Notes under the pieces: generated by a model
Told to the model about the DNA's origin: nothing
The model's database searches: none
What the model saw: the letters and a program-made list of their open reading frames with translations, nothing else
Position numbers and translations under genes: made by a program
DNA from: Cyanophora paradoxa CCMP329
Taxonomy: Eukaryota; Plantae; Glaucophyta
Assembly: GCA_004431415.1 (NCBI GenBank)
Contig: QPMI01000534.1
Location: 1 to 64,000, forward strand
Reading direction: 5' to 3'
Length of the DNA: 64,000 nt
Shown here: one piece after another, positions 1 to 15,000 of the stretch
Layout: the number at the start of each line of letters is the position of its first letter
Numbering within the stretch: position 1 is the first letter of the stretch

Positions 1-3000
1 TGGGGGAGCGGGGGGGCCTGGCGGGCCTTGAGCTGCCTTGCGCTGTCGAGGGCTGAAGAGGGGGCCGGGCCAGCGACCCCGAGGCCAACTTCTGCACGGC
101 GAGACATTGGCGCGAAACCCAAAATTTCCCTGCTCTAGATTGCTCTAAACTGCACTTCAGACGTGCTCAGTTTCGCGCCAATCGTTCGCTGTGCTCCGCT
201 AGAATCTCGGCTGGACATGTATGGCGTCTGGTCGATTTGCTGGATAAAATAATGGAAAGCGATTGGCGAGAAACTGAAGCGTTTAATACTAGCTAGTATG
301 CATCTTGATGCTAGAGTAAGGCTCAGTTTCGTGCGGATGCGGTACGAAATTTTCGTAGATGTATGGCCATACAAAAGCGACGAGGAAAAGGCCAGTTTCG
401 CGGCGAGCTAGCCGAGCTAGCAGCGCGCCCGGCCGCGTCTTATTGCCCCAGCGTTCGAGTCCCGGAAGGGCAGTTGGGGGAGCGGGGGGCCTTGAGCGGC
501 CTTGAGCTGCCTTGCGCTGTCGAGGGCTGAAGAGGGGGCCGGGGCGCAGCGACCCCCGAGGCCAACTTCTGCACGGCGAGACATTGGCGCGAAACCCAAA
601 ATTTCCCTGCTCTAGATTGCTCTAAACTGCACTTCAGACGTGCTCAGTTTCGCGCCAATCGTTCGCTGTGCTCCGCTAGAATCTCGGCTGGACATGTATG
701 GCGTCTGGTCGATTGGCTGGATAAAATAATGGAAAGCGATTGGCGAGAAACTGAAGCGTTTAATACTAGCTAGTATGCATCTTGATGCTAGAGTAAGGCT
801 CAGTTTCGTGCGGATGCGGTACGAAATTTTCGTAGATGTATGGCCATACAAAAGCGACGAGGAAAAGGCCAGTTTCGCGGCGAGCTAGCCGAGCTAGCAG
901 CGCGCCCGGCCGGCGTCTTATTGCCCCAGCGTTCGAGTCCCGGGAAGGGCAGTTGGGGGGAGCGGGGGGGCCTGGGCGGGCCTTGAGCTGCCTTGCGCTG
1001 TCGAGGGCTGAAGAGGGGGCCGGGGCGCAGCGACCCCCGAGGCCAACTTCTGCACGGCGAGACATTGGCGCGAAACCCAAAATTTCCCTGCTCTAGATTG
1101 CTCTAAACTGCACTTCAGACGTGCTCAGTTTCGCGCCAATCGTTCGCTGTGCTCCGCTAGAATCTCGGCTGGACATGTATGGCGTCTGGTCGATTTGGCT
1201 GGATAAAATAATGGAAAGCGATTGGCGAGAAACTGAAGCGTTTAATACTAGCTAGTATGCATCTTGATGCTAGAGTAAGGCTCAGTTTCGTGCGGATGCG
1301 GTACGAAATTTTCGTAGATGTATGGCCATACAAAGCGACGAGGAAAAGGCCAGTTTCGCGGCGAGCTAGCCGAGCTAGCAGCGCGCCCGGCCGGCGTCTT
1401 ATTGCCCAGCGTTCGAGTCCGGGAAGGGCAGTTGGGGGAGCGGGGGGCCTGGCGGGCCTTGAGCTGCCTTGCGCTGTCGAGGGCTGAAGAGGGGGCCGGG
1501 GCGCAGCGACCCCGAGGCCAACTTCTGCACGGCGAGACATTGGCGCGAAACCCAAAATTTCCCTGCTCTAGATTGCTCTAAACTGCACTTCAGACGTGCT
1601 CAGTTTCGCGCCAATCGTTCGCTGTGCTCCGCTAGAATCTCGGCTGGACATGTATGGCGTCTGGTCGATTTGGCTGGATAAAATAATGGAAAGCGATTGG
1701 CGAGAAACTGAAGCGTTTAATACTAGCTAGTATGCATCTTGATGCTAGAGTAAGGCTCAGTTTCGTGCGGATGCGGTACGAAATTTTCGTAGATGTATGG
1801 CCATACAAAAGCGACGAGGAAAAGGCCAGTTTCGCGGCGAGCTAGCCGAGCTAGCAGCGCGCCCGGCCGGCGTCTTATTGCCCCAGCGTTCGAGTCCCGG
1901 GAAGGGCAGTTGGGGGGAGCGGGGGGCCTGGGCGGGCCTTGAGCTGCCTTGCGCTGTCGAGGGCTGAAGAGGGGGCCGGGCGCAGCGACCCCGAGGCCAA
2001 CTTCTGCACGGCGAGACATTGGCGCGAAACCCAAAATTTCCCTGCTCTAGATTGCTCTAAACTGCACTTCAGACGTGCTCAGTTTCGCGCCAATCGTTCG
2101 CTGTGCTCCGCTAGAATCTCGGCTGGACATGTATGGCGTCTGGTCGATTTGGCTGGATAAAATAATGGAAAGCGATTGGCGAGAAACTGAAGCGTTTAAT
2201 ACTAGCTAGTATGCATCTTGATGCTAGAGTAAGGCTCAGTTTCGTGCGGATGCGGTACGAAATTTCGTAGATGTATGGCCATACAAAAGCGACGAGGAAA
2301 AGGCCAGTTTCGCGGCGAGCTAGCCGAGCTAGCAGCGCGCCCGGCCGGCGTCTTATTGCCCCAGCGTTCGAGTCCCGGGAAGGGCAGTTGGGGGAGCGGG
2401 GGGCCTGGGCGGGCCTTGAGCTGCCTTGCGCTGTCGAGGGCTGAAGAGGGGGCCGGGGCGCAGCGACCCCCGAGGCCAACTTCTGCACGGCGAGACATTG
2501 GCGCGAAACCCAAAATTTCCCTGCTCTAGATTGCTCTAAACTGCACTTCAGACGTGCTCAGTTTCGCGCCAATCGTTCGCTGTGCTCCGCTAGAATCTCG
2601 GCTGGACATGTATGGCGTCTGGTCGATTTGGCTGGATAAAATAATGGAAAGCGATTGGCGAGAAACTGAAGCGTTTAATACTAGCTAGTATGCATCTTGA
2701 TGCTAGAGTAAGGCTCAGTTTCGTGCGGATGCGGTACGAAATTTTCGTAGATGTATGGCCATACAAAAGCGACGAGGAAAAGGCCAGTTTCGCGGCGAGC
2801 TAGCCGAGCTAGCAGCGCGCCCGGCCGGCGTCTTATTGCCCCAGCGTTCGAGTCCCGGGAAGGGCAGTTGGGGGAGCGGGGGGCCTGGGCGGGCCTTGAG
2901 CTGCCTTGCGCTGTCGAGGGCTGAAGAGGGGGCCGGGGCGCAGCGACCCCCGAGGCCAACTTCTGCACGGCGAGACATTGGCGCGAAACCCAAAATTTCC

Positions 3001-6000
3001 CTGCTCTAGATTGCTCTAAACTGCACTTCAGACGTGCTCAGTTTCGCGCCAATCGTTCGCTGTGCTCCGCTAGAATCTCGGCTGGACATGTATGGCGTCT
3101 GGTCGATTTGGCTGGATAAAATAATGGAAAGCGATTGGCGAGAAACTGAAGCGTTTAATACTAGCTAGTATGCATCTTGATGCTAGAGTAAGGCTCAGTT
3201 TCGTGCGGATGCGGTACGAAATTTTCGTAGATGTATGGCCATACAAAAGCGACGAGGAAAAGGCCAGTTTCGCGGCGAGCTAGCCGAGCTAGCAGCGCGC
3301 CCGGCCGGCGTCTTATTGCCCCAGCGTTCGAGTCCCGGGAAGGGCAGTTGGGGGGAGCGGGGGGCCTGGGCGGGCCTTGAGCTGCCTTGCGCTGTCGAGG
3401 GCTGAAGAGGGGGCCGGGGCGCAGCGACCCCCGAGGCCAACTTCTGCACGGCGAGACATTGGCGCGAAACCCAAAATTTCCCTGCTCTAGATTGCTCTAA
3501 ACTGCACTTCAGACGTGCTCAGTTTCGCGCCAATCGTTCGCTGTGCTCCGCTAGAATCTCGGCTGGACATGTATGGCGTCTGGTCGATTTGGCTGGATAA
3601 AATAATGGAAAGCGATTGGCGAGAAACTGAAGCGTTTAATACTAGCTAGTATGCATCTTGATGCTAGAGTAAGGCTCAGTTTCGTGCGGATGCGGTACGA
3701 AATTTTCGTAGATGTATGGCCATACAAAAGCGACGAGGAAAAGGCCAGTTTCGCGGCGAGCTAGCCGAGCTAGCAGCGCGCCCGGCCGGCGTCTTATTGC
3801 CCCAGCGTTCGAGTCCCGGGAAGGGCAGTTGGGGGAGCGGGGGGCCTGGCGGGCCTTGAGCTGCCTTGCGCTGTCGAGGGCTGAAGAGGGGGCCGGGGCG
3901 CAGCGACCCCCGAGGCCAACTTCTGCACGGCGAGACATTGGCGCGAAACCCAAAATTTCCCTGCTCTAGATTGCTCTAAACTGCACTTCAGACGTGCTCA
4001 GTTTCGCGCCAATCGTTCGCTGTGCTCCGCTAGAATCTCGGCTGGACATGTATGGCGTCTGGTCGATTTGGCTGGATAAAATAATGGAAAGCGATTGGCG
4101 AGAAACTGAAGCGTTTAATACTAGCTAGTATGCATCTTGATGCTAGAGTAAGGCTCAGTTTCGTGCGGATGCGGTACGAAATTTTCGTAGATGTATGGCC
4201 ATACAAAAGCGACGAGGAAAAGGCCAGTTTCGCGGCGAGCTAGCCGAGCTAGCAGCGCGCCCGGCCGGCGTCTTATTGCCCCAGCGTTCGAGTCCCGGGA
4301 AGGGCAGTTGGGGGAGCGGGGGGCCTGGGCGGGCCTTGAGCTGCCTTGCGCTGTCGAGGGCTGAAGAGGGGGCCGGGGCGCAGCGACCCCCGAGGCCAAC
4401 TTCTGCACGGCGAGACATTGGCGCGAAACCCAAAATTTCCCTGCTCTAGATTGCTCTAAACTGCACTTCAGACGTGCTCAGTTTCGCGCCAATCGTTCGC
4501 TGTGCTCCGCTAGAATCTCGGCTGGACATGTATGGCGTCTGGTCGATTTGGCTGGATAAAATAATGGAAAGCGATTGGCGAGAAACTGAAGCGTTTAATA
4601 CTAGCTAGTATGCATCTTGATGCTAGAGTAAGGCTCAGTTTCGTGCGGATGCGGTACGAAATTTCGTAGATGTATGGCCATACAAAAGCGACGAGGAAAA
4701 GGCCAGTTTCGCGGCGAGCTAGCCGAGCTAGCAGCGCGCCCGGCCGGCGTCTTATTGCCCCAGCGTTCGAGTCCCGGGAAGGGCAGTTGGGGGAGCGGGG
4801 GGCCTGGGCGGGCCTTGAGCTGCCTTGCGCTGTCGAGGGCTGAAGAGGGGGCCGGGGCGCAGCGACCCCCGAGGCCAACTTCTGCACGGCGAGACATTGG
4901 CGCGAAACCCAAAATTTCCCTGCTCTAGATTGCTCTAAACTGCACTTCAGACGTGCTCAGTTTCGCGCCAATCGTTCGCTGTGCTCCGCTAGAATCTCGG
5001 CTGGACATGTATGGCGTCTGGTCGATTTGGCTGGATAAAATAATGGAAAGCGATTGGCGAGAAACTGAAGCGTTTAATACTAGCTAGTATGCATCTTGAT
5101 GCTAGAGTAAGGCTCAGTTTCGTGCGGATGCGGTACGAAATTTTCGTAGATGTATGGCCATACAAAAGCGACGAGGAAAAGGCCAGTTTCGCGGCGAGCT
5201 AGCCGAGCTAGCAGCGCGCCCGGCCGGCGTCTTATTGCCCCAGCGTTCGAGTCCCGGGAAGGGCAGTTGGGGGAGCGGGGGGCCTGGGCGGGCCTTGAGC
5301 TGCCTTGCGCTGTCGAGGGCTGAAGAGGGGGCCGGGGCGCAGCGACCCCCGAGGCCAACTTCTGCACGGCGAGACATTGGCGCGAAACCCAAAATTTCCC
5401 TGCTCTAGATTGCTCTAAACTGCACTTCAGACGTGCTCAGTTTCGCGCCAATCGTTCGCTGTGCTCCGCTAGAATCTCGGCTGGACATGTATGGCGTCTG
5501 GTCGATTTGGCTGGATAAAATAATGGAAAGCGATTGGCGAGAAACTGAAGCGTTTAATACTAGCTAGTATGCATCTTGATGCTAGAGTAAGGCTCAGTTT
5601 CGTGCGGATGCGGTACGAAATTTTCGTAGATGTATGGCCATACAAAAGCGACGAGGAAAAGGCCAGTTTCGCGGCGAGCTAGCCGAGCTAGCAGCGCGCC
5701 CGGCCGGCGTCTTATTGCCCCAGCGTTCGAGTCCGGGAAGGGCAGTTGGGGGGAGCGGGGGGCCTGGGCGGGCCTTGAGCTGCCTTGCGCTGTCGAGGGC
5801 TGAAGAGGGGCCGGGGCGCAGCGACCCCCGAGGCCAACTTCTGCACGGCGAGACATTGGCGCGAAACCCAAAATTTCCCTGCTCTAGATTGCTCTAAACT
5901 GCACTTCAGACGTGCTCAGTTTCGCGCCAATCGTTCGCTGTGCTCCGCTAGAATCTCGGCTGGACATGTATGGCGTCTGGTCGATTTGGCTGGATAAAAT

Positions 6001-9000
6001 AATGGAAAGCGATTGGCGAGAAACTGAAGCGTTTAATACTAGCTAGTATGCATCTTGATGCTAGAGTAAGGCTCAGTTTCGTGCGGATGCGGTACGAAAT
6101 TTTCGTAGATGTATGGCCATACAAAAGCGACGAGGAAAAGGCCAGTTTCGCGGCGAGCTAGCCGAGCTAGCAGCGCGCCCGGCCGGCGTCTTATTGCCCC
6201 AGCGTTCGAGTCCCGGGAAGGCAGTTGGGGGAGCGGGGGGCCTGGGCGGGCCTTGAGCTGCCTTGCGCTGTCGAGGGCTGAAGAGGGGCCGGGGCGCAGC
6301 GACCCCGAGGCCAACTTCTGCACGGCGAGACATTGGCGCGAAACCCAAAATTTCCCTGCTCTAGATTGCTCTAAACTGCACTTCAGACGTGCTCAGTTTC
6401 GCGCCAATCGTTCGCTGTGCTCCGCTAGAATCTCGGCTGGACATGTATGGCGTCTGGTCGATTTGGCTGGATAAAATAATGGAAAGCGATTGGCGAGAAA
6501 CTGAAGCGTTTAATACTAGCTAGTATGCATCTTGATGCTAGAGTAAGGCTCAGTTTCGTGCGGATGCGGTACGAAATTTTCGTAGATGTATGGCCATACA
6601 AAAGCGACGAGGAAAAGGCCAGTTTCGCGGCGAGCTAGCCGAGCTAGCAGCGCGCCCGGCCGGCGTCTTATTGCCCCAGCGTTCGAGTCCCGGGAAGGGC
6701 AGTTGGGGGAGCGGGGGGCCTGGGCGGGCCTTGAGCTGCCTTGCGCTGTCGAGGGCTGAAGAGGGGGCCGGGGCGCAGCGACCCCGAGGCCAACTTCTGC
6801 ACGGCGAGACATTGGCGCGAAACCCAAAATTTCCCTGCTCTAGATTGCTCTAAACTGCACTTCAGACGTGCTCAGTTTCGCGCCAATCGTTCGCTGTGCT
6901 CCGCTAGAATCTCGGCTGGACATGTATGGCGTCTGGTCGATTTGGCTGGATAAAATAATGGAAAGCGATTGGCGAGAAACTGAAGCGTTTAATACTAGCT
7001 AGTATGCATCTTGATGCTAGAGTAAGGCTCAGTTTCGTGCGGATGCGGTACGAAATTTTCGTAGATGTATGGCCATACAAAAGCGACGAGGAAAAGGCCA
7101 GTTTCGCGGCGAGCTAGCCGAGCTAGCAGCGCGCCCGGCCGGCGTCTTATTGCCCCAGCGTTCGAGTCCCGGGAAGGGCAGTTGGGGGAGCGGGGGGCCT
7201 GGGCGGGCCTTGAGCTGCCTTGCGCTGTCGAGGGCTGAAGAGGGGGCCGGGGCGCAGCGACCCCGAGGCCAACTTCTGCACGGCGAGACATTGGCGCGAA
7301 ACCCAAAATTCCCTGCTCTAGATTGCTCTAAACTGCACTTCAGACGTGCTCAGTTTCGCGCCAATCGTTCGCTGTGCTCCGCTAGAATCTCGGCTGGACA
7401 TGTATGGCGTCTGGTCGATTTGGCTGGATAAAATAATGGAAAGCGATTGGCGAGAAACTGAAGCGTTTAATACTAGCTAGTATGCATCTTGATGCTAGAG
7501 TAAGGCTCAGTTTCGTGCGGATGCGGTACGAAATTTTCGTAGATGTATGGCCATACAAAAGCGACGAGGAAAAGGCCAGTTTCGCGGCGAGCTAGCCGAG
7601 CTAGCAGCGCGCCCGGCCGGCGTCTTATTGCCCAGCGTTCGAGTCCCGGGAAGGGCAGTTGGGGGAGCGGGGGGGCCTGGGCGGGCCTTGAGCTGCCTTG
7701 CGCTGTCGAGGGCTGAAGAGGGGCCGGGGCGCAGCGACCCCGAGGCCAACTTCTGCACGGCGAGACATTGGCGCGAAACCCAAAATTTCCCTGCTCTAGA
7801 TTGCTCTAAACTGCACTTCAGACGTGCTCAGTTTCGCGCCAATCGTTCGCTGTGCTCCGCTAGAATCTCGGCTGGACATGTATGGCGTCTGGTCGATTTG
7901 GCTGGATAAAATAATGGAAAGCGATTGGCGAGAAACTGAAGCGTTTAATACTAGCTAGTATGCATCTTGATGCTAGAGTAAGGCTCAGTTTCGTGCGGAT
8001 GCGGTACGAAATTTTCGTAGATGTATGGCCATACAAAAGCGACGAGGAAAAGGCCAGTTTCGCGGCGAGCTAGCCGAGCTAGCAGCGCGCCCGGCCGGCG
8101 TCTTATTGCCCAGCGTTCGAGTCCCGGAAGGGCAGTTGGGGGAGCGGGGGGCCTGGGCGGGCCTTGAGCTGCCTTGCGCTGTCGAGGGCTGAAGAGGGGC
8201 CGGGGCGCAGCGACCCCCGAGGCCAACTTCTGCACGGCGAGACATTGGCGCGAAACCCAAAATTTCCCTGCTCTAGATTGCTCTAAACTGCACTTCAGAC
8301 GTGCTCAGTTTCGCGCCAATCGTTCGCTGTGCTCCGCTAGAATCTCGGCTGGACATGTATGGCGTCTGGTCGATTTGGCTGGATAAAATAATGGAAAGCG
8401 ATTGGCGAGAAACTGAAGCGTTTAATACTAGCTAGTATGCATCTTGATGCTAGAGTAAGGCTCAGTTTCGTGCGGATGCGGTACGAAATTTTCGTAGATG
8501 TATGGCCATACAAAAGCGACGAGGAAAAGGCCAGTTTCGCGGCGAGCTAGCCGAGCTAGCAGCGCGCCCGGCCGGCGTCTTATTGCCCAGCGTTCGAGTC
8601 CCGGAAGGGCAGTTGGGGGAGCGGGGGGCCTGGGCGGGCCTTGAGCTGCCTTGCGCTGTCGAGGGCTGAAGAGGGGGCCGGGGCGCAGCGACCCCGAGGC
8701 CAACTTCTGCACGGCGAGACATTGGCGCGAAACCCAAAATTTCCCTGCTCTAGATTGCTCTAAACTGCACTTCAGACGTGCTCAGTTTCGCGCCAATCGT
8801 TCGCTGTGCTCCGCTAGAATCTCGGCTGGACATGTATGGCGTCTGGTCGATTTGGCTGGATAAAATAATGGAAAGCGATTGGCGAGAAACTGAAGCGTTT
8901 AATACTAGCTAGTATGCATCTTGATGCTAGAGTAAGGCTCAGTTTCGTGCGGATGCGGTACGAAATTTTCGTAGATGTATGGCCATACAAAAGCGACGAG

Positions 9001-12000
9001 GAAAAGGCCAGTTTCGCGGCGAGCTAGCCGAGCTAGCAGCGCGCCCGGCCGGCGTCTTATTGCCCAGCGTTCGAGTCCCGGGAAGGGCAGTTGGGGGGAG
9101 CGGGGGGCCTGGGCGGGCCTTGAGCTGCCTTGCGCTGTCGAGGGCTGAAGAGGGGGCCGGGGCGCAGCGACCCCGAGGCCAACTTCTGCACGGCGAGACA
9201 TTGGCGCGAAACCCAAAATTTCCCTGCTCTAGATTGCTCTAAACTGCACTTCAGACGTGCTCAGTTTCGCGCCAATCGTTCGCTGTGCTCCGCTAGAATC
9301 TCGGCTGGACATGTATGGCGTCTGGTCGATTTGGCTGGATAAAATAATGGAAAGCGATTGGCGAGAAACTGAAGCGTTTAATACTAGCTAGTATGCATCT
9401 TGATGCTAGAGTAAGGCTCAGTTTCGTGCGGATGCGGTACGAAATTTTCGTAGATGTATGGCCATACAAAAGCGACGAGGAAAAGGCCAGTTTCGCGGCG
9501 AGCTAGCCGAGCTAGCAGCGCGCCCGGCCGGCGTCTTATTGCCCAGCGTTCGAGTCCCGGGAAGGGCAGTTGGGGGAGCGGGGGGCCTGGGCGGGCCTTG
9601 AGCTGCCTTGCGCTGTCGAGGGCTGAAGAGGGGGCCGGGGCGCAGCGACCCCGAGGCCAACTTCTGCACGGCGAGACATTGGCGCGAAACCCAAAATTTC
9701 CCTGCTCTAGATTGCTCTAAACTGCACTTCAGACGTGCTCAGTTTCGCGCCAATCGTTCGCTGTGCTCCGCTAGAATCTCGGCTGGACATGTATGGCGTC
9801 TGGTCGATTTGGCTGGATAAAATAATGGAAAGCGATTGGCGAGAAACTGAAGCGTTTAATACTAGCTAGTATGCATCTTGATGCTAGAGTAAGGCTCAGT
9901 TTCGTGCGGATGCGGTACGAAATTTTCGTAGATGTATGGCCATACAAAGCGACGAGGAAAAGGCCAGTTTCGCGGCGAGCTAGCCGAGCTAGCAGCGCGC
10001 CCGGCCGGCGTCTTATTGCCCCAGCGTTCGAGTCCGGGAAGGGCAGTTGGGGGAGCGGGGGGCCTGGGCGGGCCTTGAGCTGCCTTGCGCTGTCGAGGGC
10101 TGAAGAGGGGCCGGGGCGCAGCGACCCCCGAGGCCAACTTCTGCACGGCGAGACATTGGCGCGAAACCCAAAATTTCCCTGCTCTAGATTGCTCTAAACT
10201 GCACTTCAGACGTGCTCAGTTTCGCGCCAATCGTTCGCTGTGCTCCGCTAGAATCTCGGCTGGACATGTATGGCGTCTGGTCGATTTGGCTGGATAAAAT
10301 AATGGAAAGCGATTGGCGAGAAACTGAAGCGTTTAATACTAGCTAGTATGCATCTTGATGCTAGAGTAAGGCTCAGTTTCGTGCGGATGCGGTACGAAAT
10401 TTTCGTAGATGTATGGCCATACAAAAGCGACGAGGAAAAGGCCAGTTTCGCGGCGAGCTAGCCGAGCTAGCAGCGCGCCCGGCCGGCGTCTTATTGCCCC
10501 AGCGTTCGAGTCCCGGGAAGGGCAGTTGGGGGAGCGGGGGGCCTGGGCGGGCCTTGAGCTGCCTTGCGCTGTCGAGGGCTGAAGAGGGGGCCGGGCGCAG
10601 CGACCCCCGAGGCCAACTTCTGCACGGCGAGACATTGGCGCGAAACCCAAAATTTCCCTGCTCTAGATTGCTCTAAACTGCACTTCAGACGTGCTCAGTT
10701 TCGCGCCAATCGTTCGCTGTGCTCCGCTAGAATCTCGGCTGGACATGTATGGCGTCTGGTCGATTTGGCTGGATAAAATAATGGAAAGCGATTGGCGAGA
10801 AACTGAAGCGTTTAATACTAGCTAGTATGCATCTTGATGCTAGAGTAAGGCTCAGTTTCGTGCGGATGCGGTACGAAATTTTCGTAGATGTATGGCCATA
10901 CAAAAGCGACGAGGAAAAGGCCAGTTTCGCGGCGAGCTAGCCGAGCTAGCAGCGCGCCCGGCCGGCGTCTTATTGCCCAGCGTTCGAGTCCCGGGAAGGG
11001 CAGTTGGGGGAGCGGGGGGCCTGGGCGGGCCTTGAGCTGCCTTGCGCTGTCGAGGGCTGAAGAGGGGGCCGGGGCGCAGCGACCCCGAGGCCAACTTCTG
11101 CACGGCGAGACATTGGCGCGAAACCCAAAATTTCCCTGCTCTAGATTGCTCTAAACTGCACTTCAGACGTGCTCAGTTTCGCGCCAATCGTTCGCTGTGC
11201 TCCGCTAGAATCTCGGCTGGACATGTATGGCGTCTGGTCGATTTGGCTGGATAAAATAATGGAAAGCGATTGGCGAGAAACTGAAGCGTTTAATACTAGC
11301 TAGTATGCATCTTGATGCTAGAGTAAGGCTCAGTTTCGTGCGGATGCGGTACGAAATTTTCGTAGATGTATGGCCATACAAAAGCGACGAGGAAAAGGCC
11401 AGTTTCGCGGCGAGCTAGCCGAGCTAGCAGCGCGCCCGGCCGGCGTCTTATTGCCCCAGCGTTCGAGTCCCGGAAGGGCAGTTGGGGGAGCGGGGGGCCT
11501 GGGCGGGCCTTGAGCTGCCTTGCGCTGTCGAGGGCTGAAGAGGGGCCGGGGCGCAGCGACCCCCGAGGCCAACTTCTGCACGGCGAGACATTGGCGCGAA
11601 ACCCAAAATTTCCCTGCTCTAGATTGCTCTAAACTGCACTTCAGACGTGCTCAGTTTCGCGCCAATCGTTCGCTGTGCTCCGCTAGAATCTCGGCTGGAC
11701 ATGTATGGCGTCTGGTCGATTTGGCTGGATAAAATAATGGAAAGCGATTGGCGAGAAACTGAAGCGTTTAATACTAGCTAGTATGCATCTTGATGCTAGA
11801 GTAAGGCTCAGTTTCGTGCGGATGCGGTACGAAATTTTCGTAGATGTATGGCCATACAAAAGCGACGAGGAAAAGGCCAGTTTCGCGGCGAGCTAGCCGA
11901 GCTAGCAGCGCGCCCGGCCGGCGTCTTATTGCCCAGCGTTCGAGTCCCGGGAAGGGCAGTTGGGGGAGCGGGGGGCCTGGGCGGGCCTTGAGCTGCCTTG

Positions 12001-15000
12001 CGCTGTCGAGGGCTGAAGAGGGGCCGGGGCGCAGCGACCCCCGAGGCCAACTTCTGCACGGCGAGACATTGGCGCGAAACCCAAAATTTCCCTGCTCTAG
12101 ATTGCTCTAAACTGCACTTCAGACGTGCTCAGTTTCGCGCCAATCGTTCGCTGTGCTCCGCTAGAATTCGGCTGGACATGTATGGCGTCTGGTCGATTTG
12201 GCTGGATAAAATAATGGAAGCGATTGGCGAGAAACTGAAGCGTTTAATACTAGCTAGTATGCATCTTGATGCTAGAGTAAGGCTCAGTTTCGTGCGGATC
12301 CGGTACGAAATTTTCGTAGATGTATGGCCATACAAAAGCGACGAGGAAAAGGCCAGTTTCGCGGCGAGCTAGCCGAGCTAGCAGCGCGCCCGGCCGGCGT
12401 CTTATTGCCCAGCGTTCGAGTCCCGGAAGGGCAGTTGGGGGGAGCGGGGGGCCTGGGCGGGCCTTGAGCTGCCTTGCGCTGTCGAGGGCTGAAGAGGGGC
12501 CGGGGCGCAGCGACCCCGAGGCCAACTTCTGCACGGCGAGACATTGGCGCGAAACCAAAATTTCCCTGCTCTAGATTGCTCTAAACTGCACTTCAGACGT
12601 GCTCAGTTTCGCGCCAATCGTTCGCTGTGCTCCGCTAGAATCTCGGCTGGACATGTATGGCGTCTGGTCGATTTGGCTGGATAAAATAATGGAAGCGATT
12701 GGCGAGAAACTGAAGCGTTTAATACTAGCTAGTATGCATCTTGATGCTAGAATAAGGCTCAGTTTCGTGCGGATCGGTACGAAATTTCGTAGATGTATGG
12801 CCATACAAAGCGACGAGGAAAAGGCCAGTTTCGCGGCGAGCTAGCCGAGCTAGCAGCGCGCCCGGCCGGCGTCTTATTGCCCAGCGTTCGAGTCCCGGGA
12901 AGGCAGTTGGGGGAGCGGGGGGCCTGGCGGGCCTTGAGCTGCCTTGCGCTGTCGAGGGCTGAAGAGGGGCCGGGCGCAGCGACCCCCGAGGCCAACTTCT
13001 GCACGGCGAGACATTGGCGCGAAACCAAAATTTCCCTGCTCTAGATTGCTCTAAACTGCACTTCAGACGTGCTCAGTTTCGCGCCAATCGTTCGCTGTGC
13101 TCCGCTAGAATTCGGCTGGACATGTATGGCGTCTGTCGATTTGCTGGATAAAATAATGGAAGCGATTGGCGAGAAACTGAAGCGTTTAATACTAGCTAGT
13201 ATGCATCTTGATGCTAGAGTAAGCTCAGTTTCGTGCGGATCGGTACGAAATTTTCGTAGATGTATGGCCATACAAAGCGACGAGGAAAAGGCCAGTTTCG
13301 CGGCGAGCTAGCCGAGCTAGCAGCGCGCCCGGCCGGCGTCTTATTGCCCAGCGTTCGAGTCCCGGGAAGGGCAGTTGGGGGAGCGGGGGCCTGGGCGGGC
13401 CTTGAGCTGCCTTGCGCTGTCGAGGGCTGAAGAGGGGCCGGGGCGCAGCGACCCCGAGGCCAACTTCTGCACGGCGAGACATTGGCGCGAAACCAAAATT
13501 TCCCTGCTCTAGATTGCTCTAAACTGCACTTCGACGTGCTCAGTTTCGCGCCAATCGTTCGCTGTGCTCCGCTAGAATTCGGCTGGACATGTATGGCGTC
13601 TGGTCGATTTGGCTGGATAAAATAATGGAAGCGATTGGCGAGAAACTGAAGCGTTTAATACTAGCTAGTATGCATCTTGATGCTAGATAAGGCTCAGTTT
13701 CGTGCGGATCGGTACGAAATTTTCTAGATGTATGGCCATACAAAGCGACGAGGAAAGGCCAGTTTCGCGGCGAGCTAGCCGAGCTAGCAGCGCGCCCGGC
13801 CGGCGTCTTATTGCCCAGCGTTCGAGTCCCGGAAGGGCAGTTGGGGGAGCGGGGGGCCTGGGCGGCCTTGAGCTGCCTTGCGCTGTCGAGGGCTGAAGAG
13901 GGGCCGGGCGCAGCGACCCCCGAGGCCAACTTCTGCACGGCGAGACATTGGCGCGAAACCAAAATTTCCCTGCTCTAGATTGCTCTAAACTGCACTTCGA
14001 CGTGCTCAGTTTCGCGCCAATCGTTCGCTGTGCTCCGCTAGAATTCGGCTGGACATGTATGCGTCTGGTCGATTTGGCTGGATAAAATAATGGAAAGCGA
14101 TTGGCGAGAAACTGAAGCGTTTAATACTAGCTAGTATGCATCTTGATGCTAGAATAAGGCTCAGTTTCGTGCGGATCGGTACGAAATTTTCTAGATGTAT
14201 GGCCATACAAAGCGACGAGGAAAAGGCCAGTTTCGCGGCGAGCTAGCCGAGCTAGCAGCGCGCCGGCCGGCGTCTTATTGCTCCAGCGTTCGAGTCCCGG
14301 AAGGGCAGTTGGGGGAGCGGGGGGCCTGGGCGGGCCTTGAGCTGCCTTGCGCTGTCGAGGCTGAAGAGGGGCCGGGGCGCAGCGACCCCGAGGCCAACTT
14401 CTGCACGGCGAGACATTGGCGCGAAACCAAAATTTCCCTGCTCTAGATTGCTCTAAACTGCACTTCTGACGTGCTCAGTTTCGCGCCAATCGTTCGCTGT
14501 GCTCCGCTAGAATTCGGCTGGACATGTATGGCGTCTGGTCGATTTGGCTGGATAAAATAATGGAAGCGATTGGCGAGAAACTGAAGCGTTTAATACTAGC
14601 TAGTATGCATCTTGATGCTAGAATAAGGCTCAGTTTCGTGCGGATCGGTACGAAATTTTCTAGATGTATGGCCATACAAAGCGACGAGAAAAGGCCAGTT
14701 TCGCGGCGAGCTAGCCGAGCTAGCAGCGCGCCCGGCCGCGTCTTATTGCTCCAGCGTTCGAGTCCCGGAAGGCAGTTGGGGGAGCGGGGGGCCTGGGCGG
14801 CCTTGAGCTGCCTTGCGCTGTCGAGGGCTGAAGAGGGGCCGGGCGCAGCGACCCCGAGGCCAACTTCTGCACGGCGAGACATTGGCGCGAAACCAAAATT
14901 TCCCTGCTCTAGATTGCTCTAACTGCACTTCGACGTGCTCAGTTTCGCGCCAATCGTTCGCTGTGCTCCGCTAGAATTCGGCTGGACATGTATGGCGTCT

